Source: Nitrospirota bacterium | GTDB lineage: Bacteria > UBA2233 | Direction of reading: 5' to 3' | Length of the DNA stretch: 64,000 nucleotides | Assembly: GCA_011620345.1 (NCBI GenBank) | Contig: WOZJ01000050.1 | Coordinates: forward strand, 66,495 to 130,494 | Part shown: piece by piece, positions 1-10,689 of the stretch | How the letters are laid out: every line of letters begins with the position of its first letter | Position numbering within the stretch: position 1 is the stretch's first letter | Notes under the pieces: generated by a model | What the model was told of the DNA's origin: nothing | The model's input: the letters and a program-made list of their open reading frames with translations, nothing else | Database searches by the model: none | Made by a program: the position numbers and the translations under genes

Positions 1-563
1 GTAAAGGGTAGGGGAATCCAGTAGCGGTCCCAGGAGAAGGGATTGTGTATCTTTAGGGAGCTGGCCATGGCTACCGGAATAACCGGGACTCCGAGCCTCA
101 AGGCCAGGTAGGCCGGTCCCGGTTTGGCAATAAATCTTGGGCCCATTGGCCCGTCGGGGGCGATCGCAACGGAGTTGCCTTCTTTAAGAAGCCTAAGCAA
201 ACGTGCGGTCGTTTTCGGGCCTTCGATGCCCCTAACGCCTTGGACAAAATCGCTGCCAAACACCCGCGCCGCGGTTTTCAGTAGTTCGGCGCCCATGCTC
301 CTAGAAACCACAAAATAAACGCCCTTCGGTCCAAGAAGTCCGGGGACGAGGAACTGGTGGTGATGCCAGCCGGCCAGGACCGCGCCTTTGGGGAGGCAAT
401 CCTCGAGCGGTTCTCCCGATTCCTTGAGCCATACAACCCGGAGCGTTCCAATGTAGCGCTTGTAGAACCAAACCCCGACCCTGGCGAACGTGCGGAAGCC
501 TTTAGGGAGGTTGCAGCCCTCCTGTTGATATCCTACGCTCACGCCACTTCCTGACCGGTGCAT
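1..563 (-). CDS. DUF374-family (lysophospholipid acyltransferase-like) protein; the gene runs off the window edge at coordinate 1
   Basis: Manual minus-strand translation from ATG at 561-563 gives MHRSGSG...AGWHHHQFLVPGLLGPKGVYFVVSRSMGAELL...EGNSVAIAPDGPMGPRFIAKPGPAYLALRLGVPVIPVAMASS...NPFSWDRYWIPLPF with no stop to position 1. The xAIAPDGPxGP / FxxSRSxDGE pattern is the DUF374 hallmark. It is absent from the ORF track because the frame runs off the window edge. Confidence 0.6.
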   Translation of the reverse strand, partial: MHRSGSGVSVGYQQEGCNLPKGFRTFARVGVWFYKRYIGTLRVVWLKESGEPLEDCLPKGAVLAGWHHHQFLVPGLLGPKGVYFVVSRSMGAELLKTAARVFGSDFVQGVRGIEGPKTTARLLRLLKEGNSVAIAPDGPMGPRFIAKPGPAYLALRLGVPVIPVAMASSLKIHNPFSWDRYWIPLPF

Positions 564-647
564 GTTTTTCAACTCAACGCACTTTACAACCGTTTCCGTT
601 TTTTGGCAACATGAAAGGATGTTTTGTCGAATATCAAGGATTGGCCT

Positions 648-2717
648 ATGGTCTGGAGAAGATACCGGAAAAGCCTGTGCATTGGGGTATTCCTGGTTGG
701 CTGTATGTTTGCGGGCGCAATTTTGAAAGGAATGGCTTTTGGCCCCTTAAGCTCCCTATCTACCCCGTATCAAGGCTCAACCCAGCAAGGCCAAAACGAT
801 CAGCCCCTAGCCTACGTGGCCGAGAGCATCCATGACCTCGTCGTGTACCGGGTGTACGCGGACGGGTTCTCTTCGCTGTCCAAAGATGGCAGGGTGCTTG
901 CCTACTGGCTTACGATGGCGGCGCGTGCCGGAAGGGACATCTACTATCTCCAGTTGACAGACCGGGGGCTAGAGGTCCGGGGGCTTATCGAGGGTATTCT
1001 TGCCAACCCGGAAGGGATCGAGCCCGAGTTTCTTCGTGACCTAAAATACTACGCCTACAGGTTCTGGGATGCCTCCTCAAACTACGATACGCGCTCATAC
1101 AAGAAATTTCTCCCCCGCTTTTCCTACGACGCACTCGTTCGTGCCGCCAAGAAGGCGCATGCCAACGGGGCGGACTTTGGGCTAAAAAAGGGCAAGAGCC
1201 TGGATGGGCTCCTTGAAGAGCTTAAGCGTACGCTGTTCGACCCAGACTTTGAGCCCTACCTGATTCATCCTTCCCCAAGCGATGCGCTGCTCGATGCCGC
1301 GACAAACTTCTACGAGGGAGTAAGCGAAAAAGAGGCTAGGGAGTTCTACGCCGATACGACGGGCAAGCATCCGCTGAATTCCCAGCTTGCCAAGCAGGAC
1401 GGTGCTCTCGTGGAGAAGGTATGGAAGGCGGGCGGCATGTACGACCCGCAGGTTAGGCAGATTATCCGGTATTTGAAGAAGGCTGTTCCTTTTATGGAAA
1501 AAGCCCAGGCGGAGGCTACGGGGCATTTGATCGCCTATTACGAAACGGGCGATACGGCCCACTGGAGAGCCTTCAACGAAGCGTGGGCAAAGACCCCATC
1601 AAAAGTCGATTTTATCAACGGGTTCGTCGAAGTTTACCACGACCCGCTCAATTTAAAGGGAAGCTTCGAAGGGCTCGTGGGCTACACGAACGAAGGAAGG
1701 CTTGCGATCGCGAAGAAGGTGTTAGGCGACATCCAGGCGTTCGAAGACTCTGAACCTTGGGATGATGCCTACAAAAAGACCTGGACGGACCTGCCAGCCG
1801 TCAACCCGGTCGATATCGTTACCGAAACGGGCGATGCGATGGCCTGCTGTACGATAGGGATCAACCTGCCCAACGAAGCCGACATCCGCGAGCGTGTAGG
1901 CTCAAAGAATTTTACGCTCGAAAACGTCATCGATGCGATGAATTTAGGCTCGAAGCAGGCTTATGGCAGCAAGGTACTCGATGCGTTTGCGCTTGAAGAC
2001 GAACGGGCGTACGATGAAGCCTACTCTACCGAGGCGGACTGGCTCCATACGCTATACCACGAAATCGTCGGCCACGGTGGCGGGAAGGTGCTCATCGATC
2101 GCGACCCTTCGGAGGTGTTGCTGGAGACGTACAACGCGCTCGAGGAGGCGAGGGCGGAGCTCGTCGCACTCTGGCAAATCGGAAACCCATTGACGATCAA
2201 GCTTGGCCTTTTGCCAAACGAGCGGGCCGCGCTCGCACACTACCGCTCGTTTGCGCGTAACGCGCTGCTTCTCCTCCGCAAGTACGAGGAGGCAGACGGA
2301 GTAGGTGAGGCCCACGATAGGGCAAGACACCTGATCGTCAATTTCATGATCCGGAACGGTTACGGCGTGAATGTCTTGAACGTCGAGGGCAAGACGTACT
2401 ACCGCGTAAAGAACTTAGAAGCGATGCGCGAGGGCGTTGGTAAGCTCTTGGCCGAAATTCAGCGCATCAAGGCCAACGGAGATTATCCCGCGGCCAAGCG
2501 GCTTATTGAGGACTATGCCGTCCGTTTCGAACCCGCGCTCAGGGACGAGGTGGTAGCCCGCTACAAGGCGCTCGGGGTTCCTGCCTACAGCGTTGCTTTA
2601 AGGCCAGTGATCGTGCCCGTCCTCGAGAACGGTGAGGTTGTCGACGCCAAGCTCTACGAGCCCGCGGATTTACTCGAAGAGAACCTAATTTACTCGGGTC
2701 TTATAGAGCCGAATTAG
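648..2717 (+). CDS. M49-family dipeptidyl-peptidase III-like zinc peptidase, predicted lipoprotein
   Basis: HEIVGH (HExxGH) and EEARAE (EExRAE) motifs typical of M49/DPP III. N-terminus MVWRRYRKSLCIGVFLVGC ends in a lipobox (LVGC). The ATG at 648 is preceded by AAGGA; the alternative TTG at 624 also has an RBS. Confidence 0.75.
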   Translation: MVWRRYRKSLCIGVFLVGCMFAGAILKGMAFGPLSSLSTPYQGSTQQGQNDQPLAYVAESIHDLVVYRVYADGFSSLSKDGRVLAYWLTMAARAGRDIYYLQLTDRGLEVRGLIEGILANPEGIEPEFLRDLKYYAYRFWDASSNYDTRSYKKFLPRFSYDALVRAAKKAHANGADFGLKKGKSLDGLLEELKRTLFDPDFEPYLIHPSPSDALLDAATNFYEGVSEKEAREFYADTTGKHPLNSQLAKQDGALVEKVWKAGGMYDPQVRQIIRYLKKAVPFMEKAQAEATGHLIAYYETGDTAHWRAFNEAWAKTPSKVDFINGFVEVYHDPLNLKGSFEGLVGYTNEGRLAIAKKVLGDIQAFEDSEPWDDAYKKTWTDLPAVNPVDIVTETGDAMACCTIGINLPNEADIRERVGSKNFTLENVIDAMNLGSKQAYGSKVLDAFALEDERAYDEAYSTEADWLHTLYHEIVGHGGGKVLIDRDPSEVLLETYNALEEARAELVALWQIGNPLTIKLGLLPNERAALAHYRSFARNALLLLRKYEEADGVGEAHDRARHLIVNFMIRNGYGVNVLNVEGKTYYRVKNLEAMREGVGKLLAEIQRIKANGDYPAAKRLIEDYAVRFEPALRDEVVARYKALGVPAYSVALRPVIVPVLENGEVVDAKLYEPADLLEENLIYSGLIEPN

Positions 2718-2746
2718 CCTGGGCTTTCCAACCCGGACGGGGTTAT

Positions 2747-2790
2747 AGGCGGGACAAGAATGTCCCGCCTATCAAAAAGGGGGGTTTTGT
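2747..2790 (+). terminator. putative intrinsic terminator after the M49 peptidase gene
   Basis: Hairpin AGGCGGGACA-agaa-TGTCCCGCCT 30 nt after the stop, followed by an A5G6T4 stretch. There is no clean U-run, so it is weak. Confidence 0.35.
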
Positions 2791-2929
2791 CGATAACCCA
2801 AGGCTTTCTAGCCTTGGCGGAGGCGGGCTTGCTTCGTAAGATTAAGTTCGTAAGATTTAATAACGTTTCGCCTGCGATAAGGGACGTAAACGGAATGGAA
2901 AAACCCCATAAAGAGGTAAAAGGCTTCGC

Positions 2930-3277
2930 ATGAATCGCGTGGAAATGCAGCGGCTCATCGGAATCGGGGTCGTCTTCTTGCTGCTTCTGGCCCGTGTCCT
3001 TACCTACGACCCCTTCAAAGCCAGCATCGTTCCCCTTGACCCTTCCAACGCGTATGCCAGGCCTGCGCTTGGTCCCTCTCCTGGTTCGATCGCGCTGAAC
3101 CTAGCGAGCGCAAAAGAGCTCGAGCTCCTGCCTGGCATCGGCCCCTCCCTGGCCTCACGCATTCTCGAACACCGCCAAACTCACGGCCCATTCAAGAGCG
3201 TAGAAGAGCTACTGGCCGTGAAGGGCATAGGCCCAAAGACGCTCGAAAAAATCCGGCCTTATCTCAGGCTCGAATAA
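2930..3277 (+). CDS. comEA: ComEA-like helix-hairpin-helix DNA-binding competence protein
   Basis: N-terminal TM segment followed by ...LNLASAKELELLPGIGPSLASRILEHR...FKSVEELLAVKGIGPKTLEKIRPYL (tandem HhH). Confidence 0.8.
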   Translation: MNRVEMQRLIGIGVVFLLLLARVLTYDPFKASIVPLDPSNAYARPALGPSPGSIALNLASAKELELLPGIGPSLASRILEHRQTHGPFKSVEELLAVKGIGPKTLEKIRPYLRLE

Positions 3278-3506
3278 CCGGTATATCCCGCTTAGCCGGC
3301 GTGGCCGGAAAGAAAGTTATGCCCGTCGTGGCAAGGAAAGCTGGAGCTTTTCTGGTAGGCCATGAAGGCGTTACTATGAAGAATACCTTGTTATTATCCT
3401 CAGGGCCGGCCAGGCTTTTCCCTGTTGCCCTAGAAATCCTTCCTCCTTAAGGGGGGATCGTCAAGTTTGTTGAGGTGCTTAACCTGATCCTGAAGAAATC
3501 CCCTCG

Positions 3507-4769
3507 ATGAAGCTCCCCAGCACGCTTCGTGCTTTCCGGTCGTACAACTATAGGCTATTCTTTGTCGGCCAGGGCATCTCGCTCGTTGGAAGCTGGATGC
3601 AGCAGGTGGCGCTTGGATGGCTTGTGTACCGGCTTACTTCGTCTCCTTGGTACCTAGGGCTCGTGGGTTTTTTAGACCAAATTCCGATCTTCTTGTTCGC
3701 CCCAATTGGCGGGGTCATCTCGGACCGCTTCGATCGAAGAAAAGTGCTGATCGTCTCCCAGGCGCTTGCGATGCTCCAGGCGTTTTTGCTTGCACTGCTC
3801 GTGTTCTCTGGGAGGGCTTCGGTGGCATGGATCTTTCCCTTGGCCTTTATGCTGGGCGTTGCCCACGCGCTCGATGTGCCCACGCGCCAGGCCTTTGTCT
3901 TGGACATGATCGATCGCGCCGAGGACCTAGGCAACGCGATCGCGCTCAACTCCTCGATGGTGAACGTGGCGCGCTTCTTGGGGCCGATGGTTGCCGGCGG
4001 GCTGATCGCGGCCGTGGGGGAGGGGTGGTGTTTTCTTCTGAACGCGCTTAGCTATTTGGCGGTGATCGGCTCGCTCATCATGATGCAAACCCGAAAGGGT
4101 GTAAGAATTACCCCAAACCAGCCCTTTCTCACCGCGTTCAAGGAAGGCTTTAGCTATACGTTCGGCTTCTTGCCGCTACGCACGATCGTAATCTACCTAG
4201 GACTCATCAGCCTTGTGGGTGTTCCCTACCAGACGCTGGCGCCGGTGTTTGCCAGGGATGTCTTTCATGGAGGTCCAAACACGCTTGGGGCTTTGATGGC
4301 CGCCTCTGGGGTTGGGGCGCTAGCGGGTGCGCTGTACCTTGCCTCGCGAAAGAGAGTGCTTGGTCTTGGCCACCACATCCGGGCGGCAGGGTTCTTGTTC
4401 GGGGTTGCGCTCATTGCTTACGCGCTTTCTGGCACGCTCTGGCTCTCGCTTTGCTTCCTTGCGCTCATAGGTTTCGGGATGATCATTCAGATGGCCGCAT
4501 CAAACACGCTCTTACAGATGATTGCCGAGGACGACAAACGAGGAAGGGTGATGAGTTTCTTTGCCATGGCCTTCCGGGGCATGGTGCCATTTGGCAGCCT
4601 ATTGGCTGGAACGCTAGCGTCAAATTTTGGGGCGCCAACGAGCGTTTTGATGGGCGGGCTGGCCGCGCTGGTAGGGGCGGGGTGGTTTTCTTTGGAATTG
4701 CCGAAAATGCGCGTTTCGCTTCAGGCCGTGTACCAAAAGAAGGGCCTCCTCAAGACTACTTCGAGCTAA
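3507..4769 (+). CDS. MFS transporter (about 12 TM)
   Basis: Highly hydrophobic 420 aa protein with the MFS signature region GGVISDRFDRRKVLI and a repeated 6+6 TM architecture. Confidence 0.75.
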   Translation: MKLPSTLRAFRSYNYRLFFVGQGISLVGSWMQQVALGWLVYRLTSSPWYLGLVGFLDQIPIFLFAPIGGVISDRFDRRKVLIVSQALAMLQAFLLALLVFSGRASVAWIFPLAFMLGVAHALDVPTRQAFVLDMIDRAEDLGNAIALNSSMVNVARFLGPMVAGGLIAAVGEGWCFLLNALSYLAVIGSLIMMQTRKGVRITPNQPFLTAFKEGFSYTFGFLPLRTIVIYLGLISLVGVPYQTLAPVFARDVFHGGPNTLGALMAASGVGALAGALYLASRKRVLGLGHHIRAAGFLFGVALIAYALSGTLWLSLCFLALIGFGMIIQMAASNTLLQMIAEDDKRGRVMSFFAMAFRGMVPFGSLLAGTLASNFGAPTSVLMGGLAALVGAGWFSLELPKMRVSLQAVYQKKGLLKTTSS

Positions 4770-6109
4770 AGGGATTCCATGGTTGCTTTGAGTGAATCAA
4801 AAAGAATGCCTACGAGCTCTCTTAGCGTTTCCTCCTCGATTGCCAAAGGCGGCATCAAAACGAGCACGTCCCCCAAAGGCCTTACCAGCGCCCCGCGTTT
4901 TCTCGCCTCTAGCGTGACCCTGTGGCCTAGACAGAGTTCCTCCGGAAAAGGCTTTTTGTTATTTCTGTCTTGGACAAGCTCAATCCCAACCATGAACCCA
5001 AGCCGCCTCACCTCGCCAACGTAAGGAAGCGAAGCAAACTTCAAGAGCTCTTCTTTAAGTGCGTTTGCCTTTAAGGCGAGGCGCTCGAGCGTCCGGTCTT
5101 TCTCGAAGAGATCAAGGCTGGCCAAAGCGGCCGCTGAAGCGAGCGGGTTGCCCGTGTAGGTGTGGCCGTGGTAGAACGTCGTGCCCAAAAAGGCCTCGAA
5201 GACCCGCTCGGTAGCGAGCGTTGCCGCAAGCGGCAGGTATCCGCCCGTTACCCCCTTGGCGAGCGTTAAAATATCTGGGCTGACGCTCTCGTGTTCGCAA
5301 GCAAACATCCTGCCCGTACGCCCGAACCCTGTCGCCACCTCGTCTACGATCATCAAGACGCCAAGCTGTGCCGAGAGCTCCCGGACTTTCCTAAGGTACC
5401 CTTCCGGGTGGACAATCATCCCGCCTGCCGCCTGGATCTTGGGCTCCAAGATAACCGCGCATGCCTGTTTGTGGTGCTCAAAGAAAACCCTTTCGAGCGC
5501 GTTGAAACACTCGTGATCGCACGATTCCTGGTGTTGACCCCAGGGACAGCGGAAGCAGTAAGGGGCCTGGGCTTGGATGCTTTCAAAGAGCAAAGGCTCG
5601 AACAGCCTATGGAAGGCGGCGATCCCGCCAACGCTGACCGCGCCCAGCGTGTCGCCGTGGTAGGCGTTCGTGAGGCAAAGGAATGTGGTTCGTTGGCTTT
5701 CGCCCAAGTTTCGCCAGTACTGAAAAGCCATCTTAAGCGCGATCTCGACGGCCGCCGCGCCCGTGTCCGAGTAGAACACGCGGTTTAAGCCTTGCGGCGC
5801 AACATCGATGAGGCGCCCGGCCAGCAGGATACCAGGAGGGTGGCTGGCCCCAAGCATCGTCGAGTGCTCCAAGCGGGCTAGCTGTTCTTTGATCGCTTGG
5901 TTGATCTCTGGCCGGTTGTGGCCGTGAACATTAACCCAAAGCGAGGAGACGCCGTCGATGTAGCGCTTTCCTTCCGTATCGAACAGGAACACGCCCTCGG
6001 CTCGATCGATGATGAGCTGGTCCTCCTCGAGCCACCTGGCCATGGGGGTGAAAGGGTGCCAGAGGTGGCGGTTGCCGAGCTCGGCAAGCGTACGCGTTCG
6101 CAATTCCAT
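4766..6109 (-). CDS. bioA: adenosylmethionine-8-amino-7-oxononanoate aminotransferase
   Basis: Class-III aminotransferase. The N-terminus ...HLWHPFT...DTEGKRYIDGVSSLWVNVHGH and the overall layout are typical of BioA. It overlaps the upstream bioF by operon coupling. Confidence 0.85.
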   Translation of the reverse strand: MELRTRTLAELGNRHLWHPFTPMARWLEEDQLIIDRAEGVFLFDTEGKRYIDGVSSLWVNVHGHNRPEINQAIKEQLARLEHSTMLGASHPPGILLAGRLIDVAPQGLNRVFYSDTGAAAVEIALKMAFQYWRNLGESQRTTFLCLTNAYHGDTLGAVSVGGIAAFHRLFEPLLFESIQAQAPYCFRCPWGQHQESCDHECFNALERVFFEHHKQACAVILEPKIQAAGGMIVHPEGYLRKVRELSAQLGVLMIVDEVATGFGRTGRMFACEHESVSPDILTLAKGVTGGYLPLAATLATERVFEAFLGTTFYHGHTYTGNPLASAAALASLDLFEKDRTLERLALKANALKEELLKFASLPYVGEVRRLGFMVGIELVQDRNNKKPFPEELCLGHRVTLEARKRGALVRPLGDVLVLMPPLAIEEETLRELVGILFDSLKATMESL

Positions 6110-6129
6110 GAAGCTCTTCCCCTACACGT

Positions 6130-7296
<1,167 letters not shown>

Positions 7297-7498
7297 GGCG
7301 TTACTCTAAAAAAAAAGAAAAACATAATTCTAAGGGGTATACGGTGCTTCAAATGTCTCATTGTAGCTTCCGGAGCGGATCTTTGCCAACACCTTAAGCA
7401 AGTTGGCGAGGACAGCCAGGGAACCTGCAGGCATGACTTGTTCGAGGGCCCGTGGCCTCGATTTATATTCCAATCAACCTATCAAAGTGAGGCTAGGC

Positions 7499-8620
7499 AT
7501 GCATTATCCGAACCTCTTCCAAGCGTTTTCTCTTAAGGGCATCCAGATCAAGAGCCGGATCGTTCTTGCCCCGATGTACACTGGCTGGTACCAAGAAGAC
7601 GGGGTCCCTTCGGAGTGGATGATTGAGCTGTACGCAAAGCGGGCGCGAGCGCTGGTAGGCCTTAGCGTCGTCGAATGCGCGGCCGTCAACGAGAGCGCGA
7701 AAGGAAGCCGCTACATGCTCCGGACAGATCAAGACCGATTTATACCAGAGCTTGCAAGGTTGGCAAGGGCTATCGAAAAAAACGAAAGCGTTCCCATCCT
7801 GCAGCTTTACCACGCTGGAAGGTACGGGCTTGGCGAACGACCTAAGGCCCCCTCGGCCGAGCCCTTCTTCAGGTCCAAGGTAGGCTACATCACTCCCGAA
7901 GCGCTGACGGAGAAAGAGATCGAAGGCATCGTCCAAGAGTTTGCCATGGGAGCAAAGAGGGCGATCGACGCCGGGTTTGCCGGCATCGAGGTCCACGGGG
8001 CGACGGGGTACTTGATCGTACAGTTCTTGTCGCCTAGGATGAACAAGCGCCTGGATGCCTACGGAGGCCCGCTAGAGAACCGGGCGCGTTTTTACCTTGA
8101 AGTCGTCCGGTCGATTCGAGATGCGATAGGGAAGGACCCCGTGCTCGGGTGCCGGTTTATGCCGGACGAATGGGCGGATGGCGGGTTTGGGCTTGGTGAG
8201 GCTAAAACCCTGGCTAAATGGCTCGAGGCGTGCGGCGTCGATTACCTCTCTTGCAATGCGGGTACGTACGAATCCTGGTCCAGGACAGAAATTAAAAGGA
8301 TCATCGCCAAGCCGGGCTACCAGGTTGACGTTGTCCATGAGGTCAAAAAGGCGGTGAACCTCCCCGTATTCACGAACGGAAGGTTCGTTTCACCCGATTT
8401 GGCGGAAAGCGTGCTCGATGAGGGAAAGGCCGATGCCGTGGCCTTGGCTAGGCCGCTCTTTGCCGACCCGGAGTATGCGCTCAAGGCCTTTGAAGGTCGA
8501 CAAGGGGATATTGTAACGTGTAAAGGGGATGGGATATGCACTAGGCAGGTTCAGCAGGGCAAATGGGCTGTCTGCTCGCAATGGAAAGAGCCCCCTTGGG
8601 GGTTACGCAGCAAGCGCTAA
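7499..8620 (+). CDS. Old Yellow Enzyme family NADH:flavin oxidoreductase (ene-reductase)
   Basis: LKGIQIKSRIVLAPMYT...ELYAKRA...GFAGIEVHGATGYLIVQFLSPRMNKRLDAYGG is typical of OYE/NemA-like TIM-barrel FMN enzymes. Start placed at MHYPNLF (7499). Confidence 0.8.
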   Translation: MHYPNLFQAFSLKGIQIKSRIVLAPMYTGWYQEDGVPSEWMIELYAKRARALVGLSVVECAAVNESAKGSRYMLRTDQDRFIPELARLARAIEKNESVPILQLYHAGRYGLGERPKAPSAEPFFRSKVGYITPEALTEKEIEGIVQEFAMGAKRAIDAGFAGIEVHGATGYLIVQFLSPRMNKRLDAYGGPLENRARFYLEVVRSIRDAIGKDPVLGCRFMPDEWADGGFGLGEAKTLAKWLEACGVDYLSCNAGTYESWSRTEIKRIIAKPGYQVDVVHEVKKAVNLPVFTNGRFVSPDLAESVLDEGKADAVALARPLFADPEYALKAFEGRQGDIVTCKGDGICTRQVQQGKWAVCSQWKEPPWGLRSKR

Positions 8621-8715
8621 AGGCTTCCTACGCTGACGGGGTTTTGACAAGCGCCGTGTTTTATGCTTTCGGCTCGTTTTCGCATACACCGAAAAATCAA
8701 AAAAAGGGAAGCGGT

Positions 8716-9462
8716 ATGGTTCTTGAAGGAAAAGTCGCGATGGTTACGGCTTCATCGAGAGGGATTGGGCTCGAGATCGCAAGGTACTTTTCTAGGGAGG
8801 GGGCCAAGATCGCCATGACCTCCAGAAGGCTCGAAAACGTCTCAAGGGCGGCAGAGCAGATTGGGGCGTTTCCCATTCAGGCCCATGCAGGCGACCCTGA
8901 CCAGGCAGGGGCCGCCTTCGAGGCCTGTCTTAAGCATTTCGGCAGGCTCGACATCCTCGTGAACAACGCGGCCTCCAACCCCTCCATGAGCCCCGTTCAC
9001 GAAACCCCTGTCGAGCTCTGGGGTAAGATTCTAGGCGTTGGGCTAACGGGAAACTTTTTAATGAGCCAGCTGGCCGCTCGGCATTTCATCGCAAGCGCCA
9101 CGAAGGGCGTGATCCTCAACATCGCTTCGATCGCGGGTCTCAGGGCGAGCCCGCTTTTGGGGGCCTACGGGGCGGCCAAGGCGGGGCTCATCTCGCTTAC
9201 CAAGACAATGGCGGTAGAGCTCGCGGGCTACGGGATACGGGTGAACGCTATCGCGCCAGGCGTCGTACGAACGCGCTTTGCCGGGGCGCTCGTCGATATG
9301 TTCGAAGCGGGCCAGAGTGCGGCCAACCCCCTTTTAACCATTCCACTGGGTAGGGTAGGAGAGGCCTCCGAGGTGGCAGAGCTTGCGCTCTTTCTCGCTT
9401 CCGACAAGGCCAGCTACATCACGGGGGGCGTGTACCCGATCGACGGAGGCTCTTCGGCCTAA
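8716..9462 (+). CDS. SDR-family short-chain dehydrogenase/reductase
   Basis: TASSRGIGLEIA (TGxxxGIG Rossmann motif), NNAAS, and the catalytic YGAAK motif. Start at MVLEGK with AAAGGGAAG RBS. Confidence 0.8.
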   Translation: MVLEGKVAMVTASSRGIGLEIARYFSREGAKIAMTSRRLENVSRAAEQIGAFPIQAHAGDPDQAGAAFEACLKHFGRLDILVNNAASNPSMSPVHETPVELWGKILGVGLTGNFLMSQLAARHFIASATKGVILNIASIAGLRASPLLGAYGAAKAGLISLTKTMAVELAGYGIRVNAIAPGVVRTRFAGALVDMFEAGQSAANPLLTIPLGRVGEASEVAELALFLASDKASYITGGVYPIDGGSSA

Positions 9463-10292
9463 TCGCCAGATAGACTGGTGTCCTCAGGGGTCACCGTGCG
9501 CTCGGGCGGCCTTGGCGCCCCTTCAGGCGGGGCGGCTTCCCAGGAAACGGGCGGGCCCAAGGTTGCCTTGCGCTTCCGAAACAGTCCGAAGTACGAGGCG
9601 ATTAACGCCCGCTTCAGCCGTTGAATTCCGAGCGCCGGGTCTACCCCTTTTGGACATGCTTCGGAACATGCACCCGCCAAATGGCAGTTCCAGACGCCGT
9701 GAGGCCTGTCGAGAGACTCTTTTCTTTTTGCAAACCCTTCATCGCGGTTATCGGCACTGTAGCGCCAGGCCTGGGCAAGCGCCTGCGGACCCAAGAAGGT
9801 GGGGTCGGAGGCGCAGGTTGGGCAGCCAGAGACGCAAATCCCGCACTTGATGCAGTAACTGAATTTCAGGAACGCTTCGAGTTCGTCTGGACGCTGCACA
9901 ATAGGCCGCGTGTCGTCCGGCTCTTCGCTCCTGATTAAGTACGGAAGGACGGTCCTGTGGCGATCAAAGAGGCTGCTTAAATCGACTACGAGGTCTTTGA
10001 CCACCGGGAAGTTGGGCAGCGGCTTGATGATAAGCTCTTGCTTGCCGATCTCGTGGATTTGGGTATGGCATGCGAGGTAGGGGTAGCCGTTGACGAACAT
10101 CGCGCAACTGCCGCAGATTCCCATTCTGCAAGAGGCCCTGAAGGCGAGCGAACCGTCCAGGTTTTCTTTGATGAACATGAGGGCGTCTAGTATGGTCATT
10201 CCCTCTTTTTGCGGAACTTCGTACTGTTCGATCCTTGGCGGCAACCCATTGGAAGCGTACCGCTGTACCTTGACGGAAACCCGTCGTTCCAT
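9459..10292 (-). CDS. sdhB: succinate dehydrogenase/fumarate reductase iron-sulfur subunit
   Basis: CRMGICGSCAM ([2Fe-2S]) plus two Cys clusters CIKCGICVSGCP / CHLAGACSEACP. It carries an unusual Pro-rich C-terminal tail of about 35 aa. Confidence 0.9.
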   Translation of the reverse strand: MERRVSVKVQRYASNGLPPRIEQYEVPQKEGMTILDALMFIKENLDGSLAFRASCRMGICGSCAMFVNGYPYLACHTQIHEIGKQELIIKPLPNFPVVKDLVVDLSSLFDRHRTVLPYLIRSEEPDDTRPIVQRPDELEAFLKFSYCIKCGICVSGCPTCASDPTFLGPQALAQAWRYSADNRDEGFAKRKESLDRPHGVWNCHLAGACSEACPKGVDPALGIQRLKRALIASYFGLFRKRKATLGPPVSWEAAPPEGAPRPPERTVTPEDTSLSGD

Positions 10293-10315
10293 TCGCCCAC
10301 CTCCATAAGGCTAGG

Positions 10316-10678
10316 TTAAACCAAGAAAAACCCGACACTCACGGCAGTTCCGAGAAAGAACAAGAACAGCCCAAGGCTCCAAACGAGCATATTGATGGAA
10401 GATAGCGTGCGGCTCGAGGCCCATACCTCCATCAAAACCGCTCGAAGCCCGTAGAAGCCATGGTAGAGGGCCAAGCCTAGGAACACGACGTAGAATGCCA
10501 CGAACAAGGGAGCATGGCCGCGTTTGAGAACCTCTTGAAACACAAGGGGGTCTTTGTAGCCCATGCCAAAACGCGGCAAGAGGGTGTCCATGTGCATCCC
10601 AAGCATGTGAACGCCAAGGAGCGCGACCAAGAAAAGCCCCGTAAAGAGTTGGAAAAACCATCCGAGCCCTTCTTTCAT
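10316..10678 (-). CDS. sdhD: succinate dehydrogenase membrane anchor subunit (SdhD-like)
   Basis: Small 3-TM hydrophobic protein between sdhC and sdhB. Start moved to MKEGLGW (10678), which is preceded by AAAGGAGG. Confidence 0.6.
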   Translation of the reverse strand: MKEGLGWFFQLFTGLFLVALLGVHMLGMHMDTLLPRFGMGYKDPLVFQEVLKRGHAPLFVAFYVVFLGLALYHGFYGLRAVLMEVWASSRTLSSINMLVWSLGLFLFFLGTAVSVGFFLV

Positions 10679-10689
10679 GCCAGCCTCCT

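Noticed and set aside
124-554. Plus-strand ORFs 124..318 and 357..554 from the track
   Set aside because: They are antisense shadows of the minus-strand DUF374-like gene (1-563). The minus-strand translation carries the conserved AIAPDGPMGP / NPFSWDRYWIPLPF motifs, and the plus-strand products have none.
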